Source: an uncultured Gammaproteobacteria bacterium | GTDB lineage: Bacteria; Patescibacteriota; Microgenomatia; Levybacterales; UBA12049 | Assembly (NCBI GenBank): GCA_964579845.1 | Contig: CAZOHC010000006.1 | Span: 1 to 44,688, forward strand | Direction: 5' to 3' | DNA length: 44,688 bases | Shown here: positions 18,071-27,812 of the stretch, in pieces | Layout of the letters: each line of letters starts with the position of its first letter | Position numbering within the stretch: the stretch's first letter is position 1 | Notes under the pieces: model-generated | Seen by the model: only the letters and a program-made list of their open reading frames with translations | Database searches by the model: none | Told to the model about the DNA's origin: nothing | Program-made: the position numbers and the translations under genes

Positions 18071-18439
18071 TCATGATGAACTGACAGCTATTTTTGAAAA
18101 AATCAAAGTAAACTCCTGCGCCTCTTGCCATAAGGTACGACAATCTTCTTTTTTTGAATCAACAGCATGCGCTAACATCCGCAACCAGTATTTCGTTTCC
18201 TTCGCCTCTTTCTTGCAAATATAGATTTTATTCCTAAAGTCTTTTCTACTTGACGCACCATTTGCTTCACAATAATTAGCACCTATGCTTGTTGCTGAAC
18301 GAATCAATTGGCTTATAATCGGGATGGTAATAGTATCCCGCTGGACACTCTTACATAACTCAATCACACGCTCTGCGAACAAAGCTGTCCTCTCTTCCAA
18401 ATCATATGTTTTATGTTCTACTATTGACATTAAATCCAC
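18071..18439 (-). CDS. Four-helix-bundle protein (23S rRNA intervening-sequence protein family)
   Basis: 122 aa. YDLEERTALFAERVIELCK..ISQLIRSATSIGANYCEANGASSRKDFRNKIYICKKEAKETKYWLRML is the family signature. Confidence 0.85.
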   Translation of the reverse strand: MDLMSIVEHKTYDLEERTALFAERVIELCKSVQRDTITIPIISQLIRSATSIGANYCEANGASSRKDFRNKIYICKKEAKETKYWLRMLAHAVDSKKEDCRTLWQEAQEFTLIFSKIAVSSS

Positions 18440-18460
18440 AAAAGCTCATCCATTGAAAAT

Positions 18461-18482
18461 TGAAAATTTCAAATTAAAAATT
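18461..18482. repeat. Right inverted repeat flanking the four-helix-bundle gene
   Basis: tgaaaatttcaaattaaaaatt is the inverted partner of 18035-18060. Confidence 0.6.
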
Positions 18483-18504
18483 ACGATTTATAATTCATAG
18501 CTTC

Positions 18505-21500
18505 TCACTCCCCCACGTGCAGTGCTGTCCATGAGAATGTGTAATCAATGTCTGCTGGCTTCGACAGGAGTATGGTAAATCCTCTCCTCGATCGGTCTGT
18601 GACAATGAATTCAGGCCTCTTAGTGAGGAGCTCCTGATCAATTTTCAACTGACAGGCTGCTTTGCCGTCTTTCTCAGAACAGTATGCTGCTTTCACGAGC
18701 TTCTTATAATCATCATCTGTCAGCTCTGTCGTCATGAGTGTTGCATTCACGACAGGAACTTCTTCATATTCCTGATCAAATTCCACCTGCATATGTGTAC
18801 TGCCATGGGTTACCAGGACATACCCTGCCGTGTCACCGGTAAAGACCGGTGCTCTCTCGAATCGTACGATGTCCTTGAAGACAACTTCACCCATAAACGT
18901 TGCCAGACTGTTCACGATCAGGTTATTCGCTGTTAAGGTCTCGATGACATGTAACAGTCCTTCGACTAAACTGTCACCTTGAACCCTGAAACTTCCTGAA
19001 ATCGTCGCTGACTTCGTAATCCACAGTCCGTTTGCAGAGAGGATGTCGGTATCAAGAGCAGCAGCATGACCGGCAACAGGTGTCGGTGAAACTGAGACAT
19101 CAGCCATCAGCAGCTCACTGAGTTGCTGAACTGCTGATGCACTCGCACTCATGACAGGAGATATTACTTCTCGTGCAGAAACACTGGCAACAGCATGCTC
19201 CAGCTCAGTAAGTCTTACCTCCTGCTTCATGAGCCTCTCTTCAAACGTTAACCCGGCAGAACTTGAAGCCACCGAAAGTCCTCCGTTCATCGTGCTGAGA
19301 ATGTATTCTTCCAGACTGAGACCCTGAACCGTCACCTTACCTATCACCTCAAGATCCCTTGTGGTCACCAGACCTGCAGTAACGTTTCCGATAACGACCT
19401 CTTTATACACACCGATTTTTTCGACCATTGCATCCGACTGGTCGATAACCTTATAGGTACCATTCACTGCTTTTTCGATGACGAGATCACCGCTCTGCGT
19501 TACGGTAATCTGTTCGTGATAGGAGTTATCGATATAGCCAAGAATCTGTCCGACATACTCACCATCAGGCAGTTCGTAACAGAGGCCATGTCCTGTCTGA
19601 ACCAGGTTTACCTCAGGCCATGGGATCGCATCAACGCTCTCAACCGGTGTACAGGACATATGTTCAGGATTAAAATGATCCAGAGCAATCGCAGCGATAT
19701 TCCCTGAGCGAACTGCTTTCATACCGAAGCCGGGAAGAGTTGATGCTGTGATCGCATCACCATTCCGAATGACTCCGTTTCTGGTACTTACTTTGACCGG
19801 AACTTTCCCTTTCAGACCGACAAGTCTGTTATTCTCCTTATCAGCAGTATTTCCCATAACCACTGCCGGATTTGATGAGATAATACCGATTGACTTCCCA
19901 TACGGTGTGCTCGCTTTCTTCATCGCACCCGGTACATCCGGATCAACACTTACGATGTCTCCGTCATTGATGCTTTTATCTGAGACAGGATAATATTCTG
20001 CCAAATCAGCTCCTGCAAGTCTTTGGACAGCAAAAATCGGTGTGTACGGAAGATCTACCAAAATATTACCGGCATTGCCTTTGTAAATCACCAGTTCGAC
20101 ATAATCTCCGACACTCAAATCAGCAACAGCTGTAGCATTCAGTACAACTGAACTACTTTCCATCGCAGCCCCAACATAGTCAGTTCCGTTCACCCGGAAA
20201 CGGAGTTGATCATTCGCACTTGAGGCACTGTGATAAATTGTCCCTGTGAGTAAGTATTTTCCTGCAGTATTAATAGTCATTCTACTCATGTTCGTAGACG
20301 TGCTATGCATCGCGTCGGTGTCATAATATTCATTCTGGAATGCGATAGCTGTCCATGTCGCAGCAGAAACTCCAACAATAAGTGATCGATATGCCATCGC
20401 TCCGATATCTGACCCTTTAATGACACCCGTCAATTCGATATTCCCTGCGACATCGAGTTTCTCACTCGGGTTCGTCACACCGATGCCGACATTGCCGTTG
20501 CCGAGGACTGTCATGAGTGGGGTCGTATTATTTTGTACCTGCAAGACTGTCTCCAGGTTTCCCAGTGCCGTGACATTCGTACCGCCGTTTGATTTCATAC
20601 CGCCTAATCGGAGAGCTGGTACAGTATCAGTCGGATTCGAAACACCGATGATACCGGAAATTGAGAGACCGGTTGTACTGGCACCGCTTGATATACCGGC
20701 CATGTCCGCACCACCCAAAGTACTTGAAGCGGAGATGATATCAAACCAATTATTGGTCGGCGTATAGCTGGTCAATCCGTGTGTCACATCTCCATCCGAC
20801 ATCGCAAACGATGCATTTGATCCGCTCGTAGCATTGATCTGGAGTGTTCTGTTACTTGGATTTGTTGTTCCGATACCCACATTCCCATTTTTAAGTGTCA
20901 TGGTATAGTCACCGTTTTCATACATTTGGAGAGCTTGGTTCGATTGCTCCCACAGCATATATGCTTTTGCAACCCCATCTTCCTGCAGTTTCAATCCGAC
21001 ATTATCGTCAACAGCATCTGCAATATAATATCCCGGATACCCGGCTCCACTCTTCAGATACATACTGGCCTCACCGGCATCTTCAATATGAAGCTTATAC
21101 GCAGGATTGGTAACACCGATACCGACATTACCGGTATGCCCAACGATGAATGAACCTGCAGTTCCTCCGGATCGTACTTCAAACGCTCCCTCAGTACTAC
21201 TTCCACCACCGAAATTTATCTGATTATTATTTTCAGAATTTCTACCGATAAATGTCCAATACTGTTCTGCATTATTTTCAACTGAGAGACCATGCCCTTG
21301 CTGAAGCCCTGAAGCCAAGACGCTCATTGCTGTTGTAGCTCCGGCGAAAGTTTCACCACCGAGGACAATTTTGCCGCCATTGACAGCGAGCTTTCCGCCC
21401 GGATCAGTCGTGCCGATACCGACATTACCACCGCTACTGATTCTCATCCGCTCAGTCGTACTGCCGGCATAGAAGCGAACATCCTGGCCGGCTGATGCAG

Positions 21501-23052
21501 CTTCGATCGTAAAACCTGCAGAGCTTGAGTCACTCTTCAGAACAATCCTGTCCTGCCACCTGCCGACACTCGCATCTGCCGGATAAGCATACATTCCTCC
21601 GCTATTGCCGCTTACCACAAGCTGGAACGCAGCCTGAGCAAAAGTATTACCGAAACCAGGCTGATTTCTCACGATAAATGACGTAACATCGTTGTGGTTT
21701 CTTTCAATTGTCAAAGCACCGTCAGGTGCAGTCGTCCCGATACCGACGTTGCCGCCTGAATTGAAAAATGAGTGCGAATTCGCCGTACCGCCGAGTTTGA
21801 CCAGCGCACTTGCTGTGGCCGTACCGCCAAGGAGCAGATCAAGCGTACTGTTTATAGGGGTGAGTGTCCCGTTTGTTGCTGAGAGTACCCAATTTGAGCC
21901 CCCGTCTGCGACGCCACAGGTACCCCAGGATGGAGCACCACTGGTATTCGCGTTGAGACATTGTCCTGTCGTGCCATTGGTAAGCGAGAGCAGCGTACCA
22001 TCCGCATCATCTGCATAGACCAGGCCTTTACTGTTCGTCAGACTCGAGATCTTGACTGTATCATTCAGCTCGATAAAACCTGTCCCTGAGGCTGCTAGCG
22101 TCAAATTCTCATCCGATGCAGTGGTAATGTCAGTTGAAGCACCTGAGAAAACGAGCCCTGTTGAGCCGATGGTTTTATTCGTCAGCACCTCAAGTCCCGC
22201 AAGCGTTGCCAAGGTGCCGCTCGTCGGTAAGGTAATTGAAGTGGAACCTGTTGTCGTCAGCGTCAATGCATTTGATCCGCTTGAGAAGTCACCGCCGAAA
22301 GTGATCGTACTACCGTCATTTATCTTAAGCGTTGTCGCAGTCGAGAATGCTGCATCTGAGGTGTTCGTTACGGTCAGCCCGTTTACCCGTTCAGCGTTAA
22401 AAGCATAGGCGTTAGATCGCAACTGCATTCTGGGCCGCATCTCACCATCTGCGTTGAAATTCACGCCGACAAAGAGCGAATCTGAGCCGAAGTTTACGGC
22501 TGAAAGATCCTGATTCAAGGAATTGATGGCTATTCGGAACACACCGTCTTTCACATAGATTCTGTTCGTGATCGTATCAGTGGTACTCCAGTTCTGTATC
22601 GGACGAGAGATACCGAGAACATTTGTTCCGGTATTGACGGATGTGATGATCACTGATTCCTTCTTCGTCGTATTCCAGAGGATTTGGCCTACGTTGAGCG
22701 ATGCTTCATTCGTATCTGATGAGTATGTCAGCGTATCTGAGCTCGTGGTCGGTGCAACCGACATCGTTGATGAAAACAGTGAGCCTGATACCCATGACTC
22801 ACTAAAAAGCGAACTTGCTGAATTTCCTGCTCCATCATAGATCTGAACGACGAAGTCATAGGCGCCGTCTGTGACGTTGGTGCCGTCAGCATTGACGACT
22901 TTTCCTTGGAAATTAATCGTTTTCTGTACCCCGTTTGCAGCCTCAACAGGAAAGGAGAAAAAGAAAGAAACTGCCGAGATTGACAGCACGAATACCGCCG
23001 GTAGTATGAACCCCTTCCTCTCGGAGGGGTTCAAAAAGGCGTTATATTTCAT
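18505..23052 (-). CDS. Giant secreted fibre protein with GNVGIGTT tail-fibre-type repeats and a Peptidase_G2/IMC-like chaperone region
   Basis: 1515 aa with an N-terminal signal anchor. There are five GNVGIG(T/V)T(x)P..KL motifs. GADLAEYYPVSDKSINDGDIVSVD..SIGIISSNPAVVMGN..GKVPVKVSTRNGVIRNGDAITAS lies at about nt 19700-20015. Confidence 0.85.
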   Translation of the reverse strand: MKYNAFLNPSERKGFILPAVFVLSISAVSFFFSFPVEAANGVQKTINFQGKVVNADGTNVTDGAYDFVVQIYDGAGNSASSLFSESWVSGSLFSSTMSVAPTTSSDTLTYSSDTNEASLNVGQILWNTTKKESVIITSVNTGTNVLGISRPIQNWSTTDTITNRIYVKDGVFRIAINSLNQDLSAVNFGSDSLFVGVNFNADGEMRPRMQLRSNAYAFNAERVNGLTVTNTSDAAFSTATTLKINDGSTITFGGDFSSGSNALTLTTTGSTSITLPTSGTLATLAGLEVLTNKTIGSTGLVFSGASTDITTASDENLTLAASGTGFIELNDTVKISSLTNSKGLVYADDADGTLLSLTNGTTGQCLNANTSGAPSWGTCGVADGGSNWVLSATNGTLTPINSTLDLLLGGTATASALVKLGGTANSHSFFNSGGNVGIGTTAPDGALTIERNHNDVTSFIVRNQPGFGNTFAQAAFQLVVSGNSGGMYAYPADASVGRWQDRIVLKSDSSSAGFTIEAASAGQDVRFYAGSTTERMRISSGGNVGIGTTDPGGKLAVNGGKIVLGGETFAGATTAMSVLASGLQQGHGLSVENNAEQYWTFIGRNSENNNQINFGGGSSTEGAFEVRSGGTAGSFIVGHTGNVGIGVTNPAYKLHIEDAGEASMYLKSGAGYPGYYIADAVDDNVGLKLQEDGVAKAYMLWEQSNQALQMYENGDYTMTLKNGNVGIGTTNPSNRTLQINATSGSNASFAMSDGDVTHGLTSYTPTNNWFDIISASSTLGGADMAGISSGASTTGLSISGIIGVSNPTDTVPALRLGGMKSNGGTNVTALGNLETVLQVQNNTTPLMTVLGNGNVGIGVTNPSEKLDVAGNIELTGVIKGSDIGAMAYRSLIVGVSAATWTAIAFQNEYYDTDAMHSTSTNMSRMTINTAGKYLLTGTIYHSASSANDQLRFRVNGTDYVGAAMESSSVVLNATAVADLSVGDYVELVIYKGNAGNILVDLPYTPIFAVQRLAGADLAEYYPVSDKSINDGDIVSVDPDVPGAMKKASTPYGKSIGIISSNPAVVMGNTADKENNRLVGLKGKVPVKVSTRNGVIRNGDAITASTLPGFGMKAVRSGNIAAIALDHFNPEHMSCTPVESVDAIPWPEVNLVQTGHGLCYELPDGEYVGQILGYIDNSYHEQITVTQSGDLVIEKAVNGTYKVIDQSDAMVEKIGVYKEVVIGNVTAGLVTTRDLEVIGKVTVQGLSLEEYILSTMNGGLSVASSSAGLTFEERLMKQEVRLTELEHAVASVSAREVISPVMSASASAVQQLSELLMADVSVSPTPVAGHAAALDTDILSANGLWITKSATISGSFRVQGDSLVEGLLHVIETLTANNLIVNSLATFMGEVVFKDIVRFERAPVFTGDTAGYVLVTHGSTHMQVEFDQEYEEVPVVNATLMTTELTDDDYKKLVKAAYCSEKDGKAACQLKIDQELLTKRPEFIVTDRSRRGFTILLSKPADIDYTFSWTALHVGE

Positions 23053-23863
23053 GGTTACTGTTTCGTGCTCTCCACGAGGTACTCACCGGCATACACCAGT
23101 GCTACCAGGCGTAGTTTTTCTTGTAATGACTGAAGTAATTTCCTCATAAGTACGCGTATGGAATAAACAGATATCACATACTGTAACTATTAAGACAGCC
23201 TTGAATAAGCTCGTCAACAATTTGAAAAACATGCATATAATGATATATGGATACATATAATTACATACTAAATTCAGCATAACGATAGTCTTCATCTGGG
23301 TGCATAGCAAAGGTCCACCTAATGACGGATAGAGTGCGTACGCCACTTGATCGTTTTGCGAAGTGGTGGGTACATGAGACAATACAGTCTCCTTCCTACT
23401 TGACCGACACCACCGGAGTCAGAGTAAGGATGCTGAAGTGATTTACATATTCTATTGTAGCGATACCCCCGCCACACACTTTGCTGTAAAGAAAACATCT
23501 GCTATGTGGATGCTGTCGAGTATCAAAACCGATCGCTACCGGAGAATTCGTCCGGAACTCAGCGAAGAGAATCCACTGAAATGCTTGAAGAGATTCAGAA
23601 CAGTGTCGAGCAAGACAAGCAGGACGCTTCTTTTTCAGCTAAGACATGGAGAAACATTTAAATGTATTTTGTACGCTGAGTACGAAAAGACAGAAGCAAA
23701 AAATTTGTTTTACAAAATACGATGACAACCCATAGATATTTTCGATGTTAAAAAAGAGAGGCGAGATAGTGACTGTATCAAAATATAAAGTAATATGCTT
23801 TAATGCAAAGTAATATAATAATATTAAGGAGGCGTGACGCCTATATCTCCAGAGAGCTTGATC

Positions 23864-24922
23864 TCAAAAAGAGCCCGTAGCAATGATAGTGAGTGTGTCT
23901 GAGTAGTCATTGGCAGCAGGTGTCTGTGACGAGTTTTTGGCTTTTACTTGAATCGAACTACGTCCAGCAGTGACAGGAGCATTCCCTGAGTTGAGTATAG
24001 TCCGTATCGTCGTATCAATGATACCGACATTTTCTGCGTTACCGTCATAGGGTGCGACAGCAGTAAGCTCTGACGTTGACGACACCTGCAATCCATAGCC
24101 TTCGGATGCTGACGCCAGGTTCGTCGACTGTGATGAGATAGTATAGTTCGTCACCGAACTCTTGAGTCCGGTATAAGCATCATAAATATAGATGTATCCT
24201 CCGTTTTCAGCATTCGTCGCGAAGTCGACCCAGATTCTATCAGTAGCTGTCGTCACACTTCCCTGGCTTAATGTTCCGAGATCAACGACATATGGTGCTG
24301 ATGATTCCGTATCAGTAGCTGCGATATCGATGTCAAGTGAAAGCTGAGAGTTGGCAGTCGATCCTGACGCGACCGGGCCGTATGGGCCCTGGGTAAAATC
24401 ACCTTGACGGGCAGTCACTCTGACTTTATATTCAGTTCCCGGGATGAGCCCGATAATATAGTCACCGGAATCGCTACCCCAGGTGGCATAGGTTAACCAG
24501 TCCTCATCTCCCAGCGTCGCCCCGATCGTCCGATCGTTCTGAACATACTGCGTTGTCGCGAAGTCATCATCTGAGATCGCAACCGCAAAGAGTGTATCTG
24601 ACGGATTGCCTTGAGGATTAATCGTTAATAGCAGTTTGTTATACCAGTTCGCACTATTCGTCAGCGTGGCTGTCGGGACGTGTGCTTGCTGCGTAAAAAT
24701 AAGTCCTCCATCAACCGTATAGTTTGCTGAGTTCTGCTCACCCCCGAGCGGTGCTGTATCTGTCTCCGTTCGGTAGTTTTCAGATTGTCCGACCCCGCCT
24801 GACCCGTCAAGCTCGTAGCTTTTTAACATATAATTAGTTGAGGACGGTACACTTAACAAAAAAAAGAGGCTTAAAACGCAACACATGCCCTCGTATTTTT
24901 TGGTTAGATTTATGAAATGCAT
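23864..24922 (-). CDS. Secreted surface subunit; its C-terminal strand motif is shared with ORF 27813-28937
   Basis: 352 aa with a signal peptide and SxNY repeats near the N-terminus. It ends AANDYSDTLTIIATGSF, compared with AASDYADTLTVVAAGRF in the paralogue. Confidence 0.7.
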   Translation of the reverse strand: MHFINLTKKYEGMCCVLSLFFLLSVPSSTNYMLKSYELDGSGGVGQSENYRTETDTAPLGGEQNSANYTVDGGLIFTQQAHVPTATLTNSANWYNKLLLTINPQGNPSDTLFAVAISDDDFATTQYVQNDRTIGATLGDEDWLTYATWGSDSGDYIIGLIPGTEYKVRVTARQGDFTQGPYGPVASGSTANSQLSLDIDIAATDTESSAPYVVDLGTLSQGSVTTATDRIWVDFATNAENGGYIYIYDAYTGLKSSVTNYTISSQSTNLASASEGYGLQVSSTSELTAVAPYDGNAENVGIIDTTIRTILNSGNAPVTAGRSSIQVKAKNSSQTPAANDYSDTLTIIATGSF

Positions 24923-25035
24923 ATATTAATAGTATCTCCTTTGTTTCCGGAAGTAAAACAAATACGATGTAAAATACTCACAAGATCAGATTGTCGGAGA
25001 CTGATTTACCGAGTTTTCCGAGTGTTCTGAATGTA

Positions 25036-25647
25036 CTACTCCATCTTCACTGATTCCAATATTTTCTTCATCTGCCTCGATTTTGCCTCGTCATCACCAC
25101 CGAGTGAAAGGCTCAGGGTAAAAAGCTGCTCACCATGCATCCCGAAGGCTGATTTTTCAACACCGGACTGCGTATCTGTAAAGATCAGATATTTTACCTG
25201 GTTAATAACTACGATGTTTTCTCTGTACTGATCTTTTTTCGAGCGTCTGAGTGAAACATCAGGTGCCTCATCGGCAGATCTAAAGCCTACGTTTCGCAGA
25301 CTGGTTGTCAGATTTCCTCTCGGTGATTCAATGAGCGCGTAGTAGACACACGGACTATTCTGCCTGGAGTCAGAGACAGGAAACGGAACGACGAGAGAGT
25401 AACAGTCAGGCACCTGAATCCGTTGTGAGTCAAAATCATGTTCACCTCTACGAACTTGATTTACGTTTACATTTCCTAATGCGGCACTTTCAGAGCCTTG
25501 TTGTGTCGCGAGGAACTCCTTTGACCGCTCAGAAAGCTCATTACTGATAATCGCCTTATTTGAGGCTAAAAGCTGCGTATATCCGGCATATCCCATGCCT
25601 GTGAGTAGAACTACAATGATTAGAATTAGAATGCTTTTTTTTGCCAT
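25036..25647 (-). CDS. Membrane-anchored hypothetical protein in the surface cluster
   Basis: 203 aa with the N-terminal TM helix SILILIIVVLLTGMGYAGY. Confidence 0.6.
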   Translation of the reverse strand: MAKKSILILIIVVLLTGMGYAGYTQLLASNKAIISNELSERSKEFLATQQGSESAALGNVNVNQVRRGEHDFDSQRIQVPDCYSLVVPFPVSDSRQNSPCVYYALIESPRGNLTTSLRNVGFRSADEAPDVSLRRSKKDQYRENIVVINQVKYLIFTDTQSGVEKSAFGMHGEQLFTLSLSLGGDDEAKSRQMKKILESVKME

Positions 25648-25705
25648 GCTGTAGACTGGATTTATTAGTGTAAGGTAACTTATTCCTACTTATAAGCATA
25701 AATAG

Positions 25706-26644
25706 CTACTTATGAACATTTTTTGTGTTACTGCGTTTTTTATGCTTTTTTCTCAGATATACGAGCGCTATTACCAAGAGGACTAGTATTCCGGCAAAAA
25801 TCGGATGAATGGAGAGTGAAGTCGTCTGAGAAGTAAACGCAGTTTTCTTCAATGAATCCGTACCCCGAACGGTAATGGTGTTCAACGAAATCGGTAGGCT
25901 GAATGAGACAGGCTTCATTTCAACATGGATGAACCGACGAGACTGCGGCATCACCCGGAACGATGACGTATTAAGAATACCGTTATGGGTGATGCGGCCG
26001 AACATATCAGTAACGGTTATCGTTCCGTACGGAACCACGTGAATATTCCCTTCATTTTGAAACTCGAGCCTGGCTGTCTTCGGATACGAAAAGACGATGT
26101 CACTTCCCCAATCAAATTCTTTGAGTGACAGATTATAACGTTCTCCACCTATCTTGCTCAGGTAGATAAGGGTTGACACTGATGGGGCGACCTGAGCACC
26201 GAACGCGGAACCATCAGGTGAGAGAATCCGTCCGACGACCACACCATAATGACCTCCCGGACTCAGATCCTGCCTGTTCTGAACCTGAACGGTGAATGTA
26301 TGCGAAGATTTCGGCTCGATCGTTACCTGGTCAGCCTGCAGAGAGAGATAAGAAGCCAGTCCGTAAGCATAGGATCCCGGTTCTGGATGCATCAGCCCGA
26401 TAGTCCCATCTCCATCTGTATGAGCAAAATCCAAAGGAAACATCTCAAGAACAAGTGTTTTGTCCCCGGAATTCGTATAAGTGAGTGTTATATCCTGTGT
26501 TTCCCCCGGTTCGGTGAGTGTGACATCGACATATGCAGGAGCGACAGTAAGGGAGCCCGTCGGTGTTTCCTGGGCAGAAACGACAGACGTAGACCATAGA
26601 AAGAGAAAACTCACGATGAAGAGCTGAGCAGGTAAACGAAGCAT
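25706..26644 (-). CDS. Ig-like surface protein with a C-terminal TM anchor and basic tail (DUF916/DUF3324-like architecture)
   Basis: ATG 26644 gives the signal peptide MLRLPAQLFIVSFLFLWSTSVVSAQE and abuts the stop of the upstream gene. LTVAPAYVDVTLTEPGETQDITLTYTNSGDKTLVLEMF is Ig-like. The C-terminus is IFAGILVLLVIALVYLRKKHKKR. The ORF track start (26746) overlaps the neighbouring gene. Confidence 0.7.
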   Translation of the reverse strand: MLRLPAQLFIVSFLFLWSTSVVSAQETPTGSLTVAPAYVDVTLTEPGETQDITLTYTNSGDKTLVLEMFPLDFAHTDGDGTIGLMHPEPGSYAYGLASYLSLQADQVTIEPKSSHTFTVQVQNRQDLSPGGHYGVVVGRILSPDGSAFGAQVAPSVSTLIYLSKIGGERYNLSLKEFDWGSDIVFSYPKTARLEFQNEGNIHVVPYGTITVTDMFGRITHNGILNTSSFRVMPQSRRFIHVEMKPVSFSLPISLNTITVRGTDSLKKTAFTSQTTSLSIHPIFAGILVLLVIALVYLRKKHKKRSNTKNVHK

Positions 26645-26646
26645 AG

Positions 26647-27747
26647 TTATTTTTTCTTGAAGCGACGAATATTTGAAACGATGGTACTCCGAACTCCAAG
26701 GAGCATGAACAGGAGAATGATAGTTACGACCCCGATTATCTTCCAAGGAATAACCCAGAAAGAAACACTCGCCTCAATCGGAACATCTCGTTCACCGTTA
26801 TTGTATACCAGGAGGAGATTTGCTGTATATTTTCCTATTCGGAATTTATCTGCTTTCTGAAAATCATACTTCGTTGTGTACACAATTTCACCGTTCTCAT
26901 TTCTGATGAGAGACCCATTCTCTTCTTTGGGTACACGGACAGCAAACCCGTCACTCCAGGAAGAAGTATATTCACGCTCAGTCGCCGGAAGGACGTTACC
27001 GCGTGATTCATTGACCGCTAAAATCGCAATGTCTTTTTTCCCACCCTGGTCGATAAAGATATTTCCCGTCGGAACGATATGAACATTTCCGGAGTTTTTG
27101 ACCTGAATCTTGAATTCAGTCGGCAGGTATTCATACCACAGTTTATCAGTCGAAAAGTCAAGGACCTGAACTTCCCGTTTGGTATTTTCGGATCTGACCT
27201 CCAAAAGTGTCAAGAGTGCCGGGCTGCCTGAGATGGCAGCACCCTGTGTTGTTCCTGAAGTCTGATCAACTCTGCTTATAACAAAGGCATAGTAATACCC
27301 GAGTGAGGCTGTTTCAGGAGGAGAAACGGTAAAAGAAACCGTTTTTGTCTGATTTGAGGCAATCGTAAATTGATTTTCAGAAAAGGTAACCCAGTCAGCA
27401 AAAGCATCATCAGGTGTAACATCGCTCAGGGTCGGCTTCCCTTCCGAATCAATCATGAACTTTGCTACCGTAACCGTGAGTGTCTCAGAAAAATTACTGT
27501 TATTGGTAATTCGGAACTCAGACTCAAGCGATTTACCCGGATCAGTAGTTAGGTTTAAAAATGAAGGAGAGACGGTCAGGTTAATCCCGGTCGTCGGGGT
27601 ACTACCACGAGGAGCTGCTGTTGGTGTCGGGGTAGGACGCGAAGCTCCGGTCGGAGATTGTGCCTGTACCAAAACAGGAGCAAGGACAGAGGTTACGAAC
27701 AAACTGATAATAAGCCCTGAGAATAGTTTTTTATTGATTTTTCTCAT
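26647..27747 (-). CDS. Ig-like surface protein with a C-terminal TM anchor and basic tail (DUF916/DUF3324-like architecture), paralogue of 25706-26644
   Basis: 366 aa with a signal peptide. LTVSPSFLNLTTDPGKSLESEFRITNNSNFSETLTVTVAKF is Ig-like. The C-terminus is WKIIGVVTIILLFMLLGV..IRRFKKK. Confidence 0.75.
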   Translation of the reverse strand: MRKINKKLFSGLIISLFVTSVLAPVLVQAQSPTGASRPTPTPTAAPRGSTPTTGINLTVSPSFLNLTTDPGKSLESEFRITNNSNFSETLTVTVAKFMIDSEGKPTLSDVTPDDAFADWVTFSENQFTIASNQTKTVSFTVSPPETASLGYYYAFVISRVDQTSGTTQGAAISGSPALLTLLEVRSENTKREVQVLDFSTDKLWYEYLPTEFKIQVKNSGNVHIVPTGNIFIDQGGKKDIAILAVNESRGNVLPATEREYTSSWSDGFAVRVPKEENGSLIRNENGEIVYTTKYDFQKADKFRIGKYTANLLLVYNNGERDVPIEASVSFWVIPWKIIGVVTIILLFMLLGVRSTIVSNIRRFKKK

Positions 27748-27812
27748 GTGCTAAGTTTTTACACTTACTCTCTGATACTACCACAGTAACTTGCATTAAG
27801 AAAAGGATGGGC

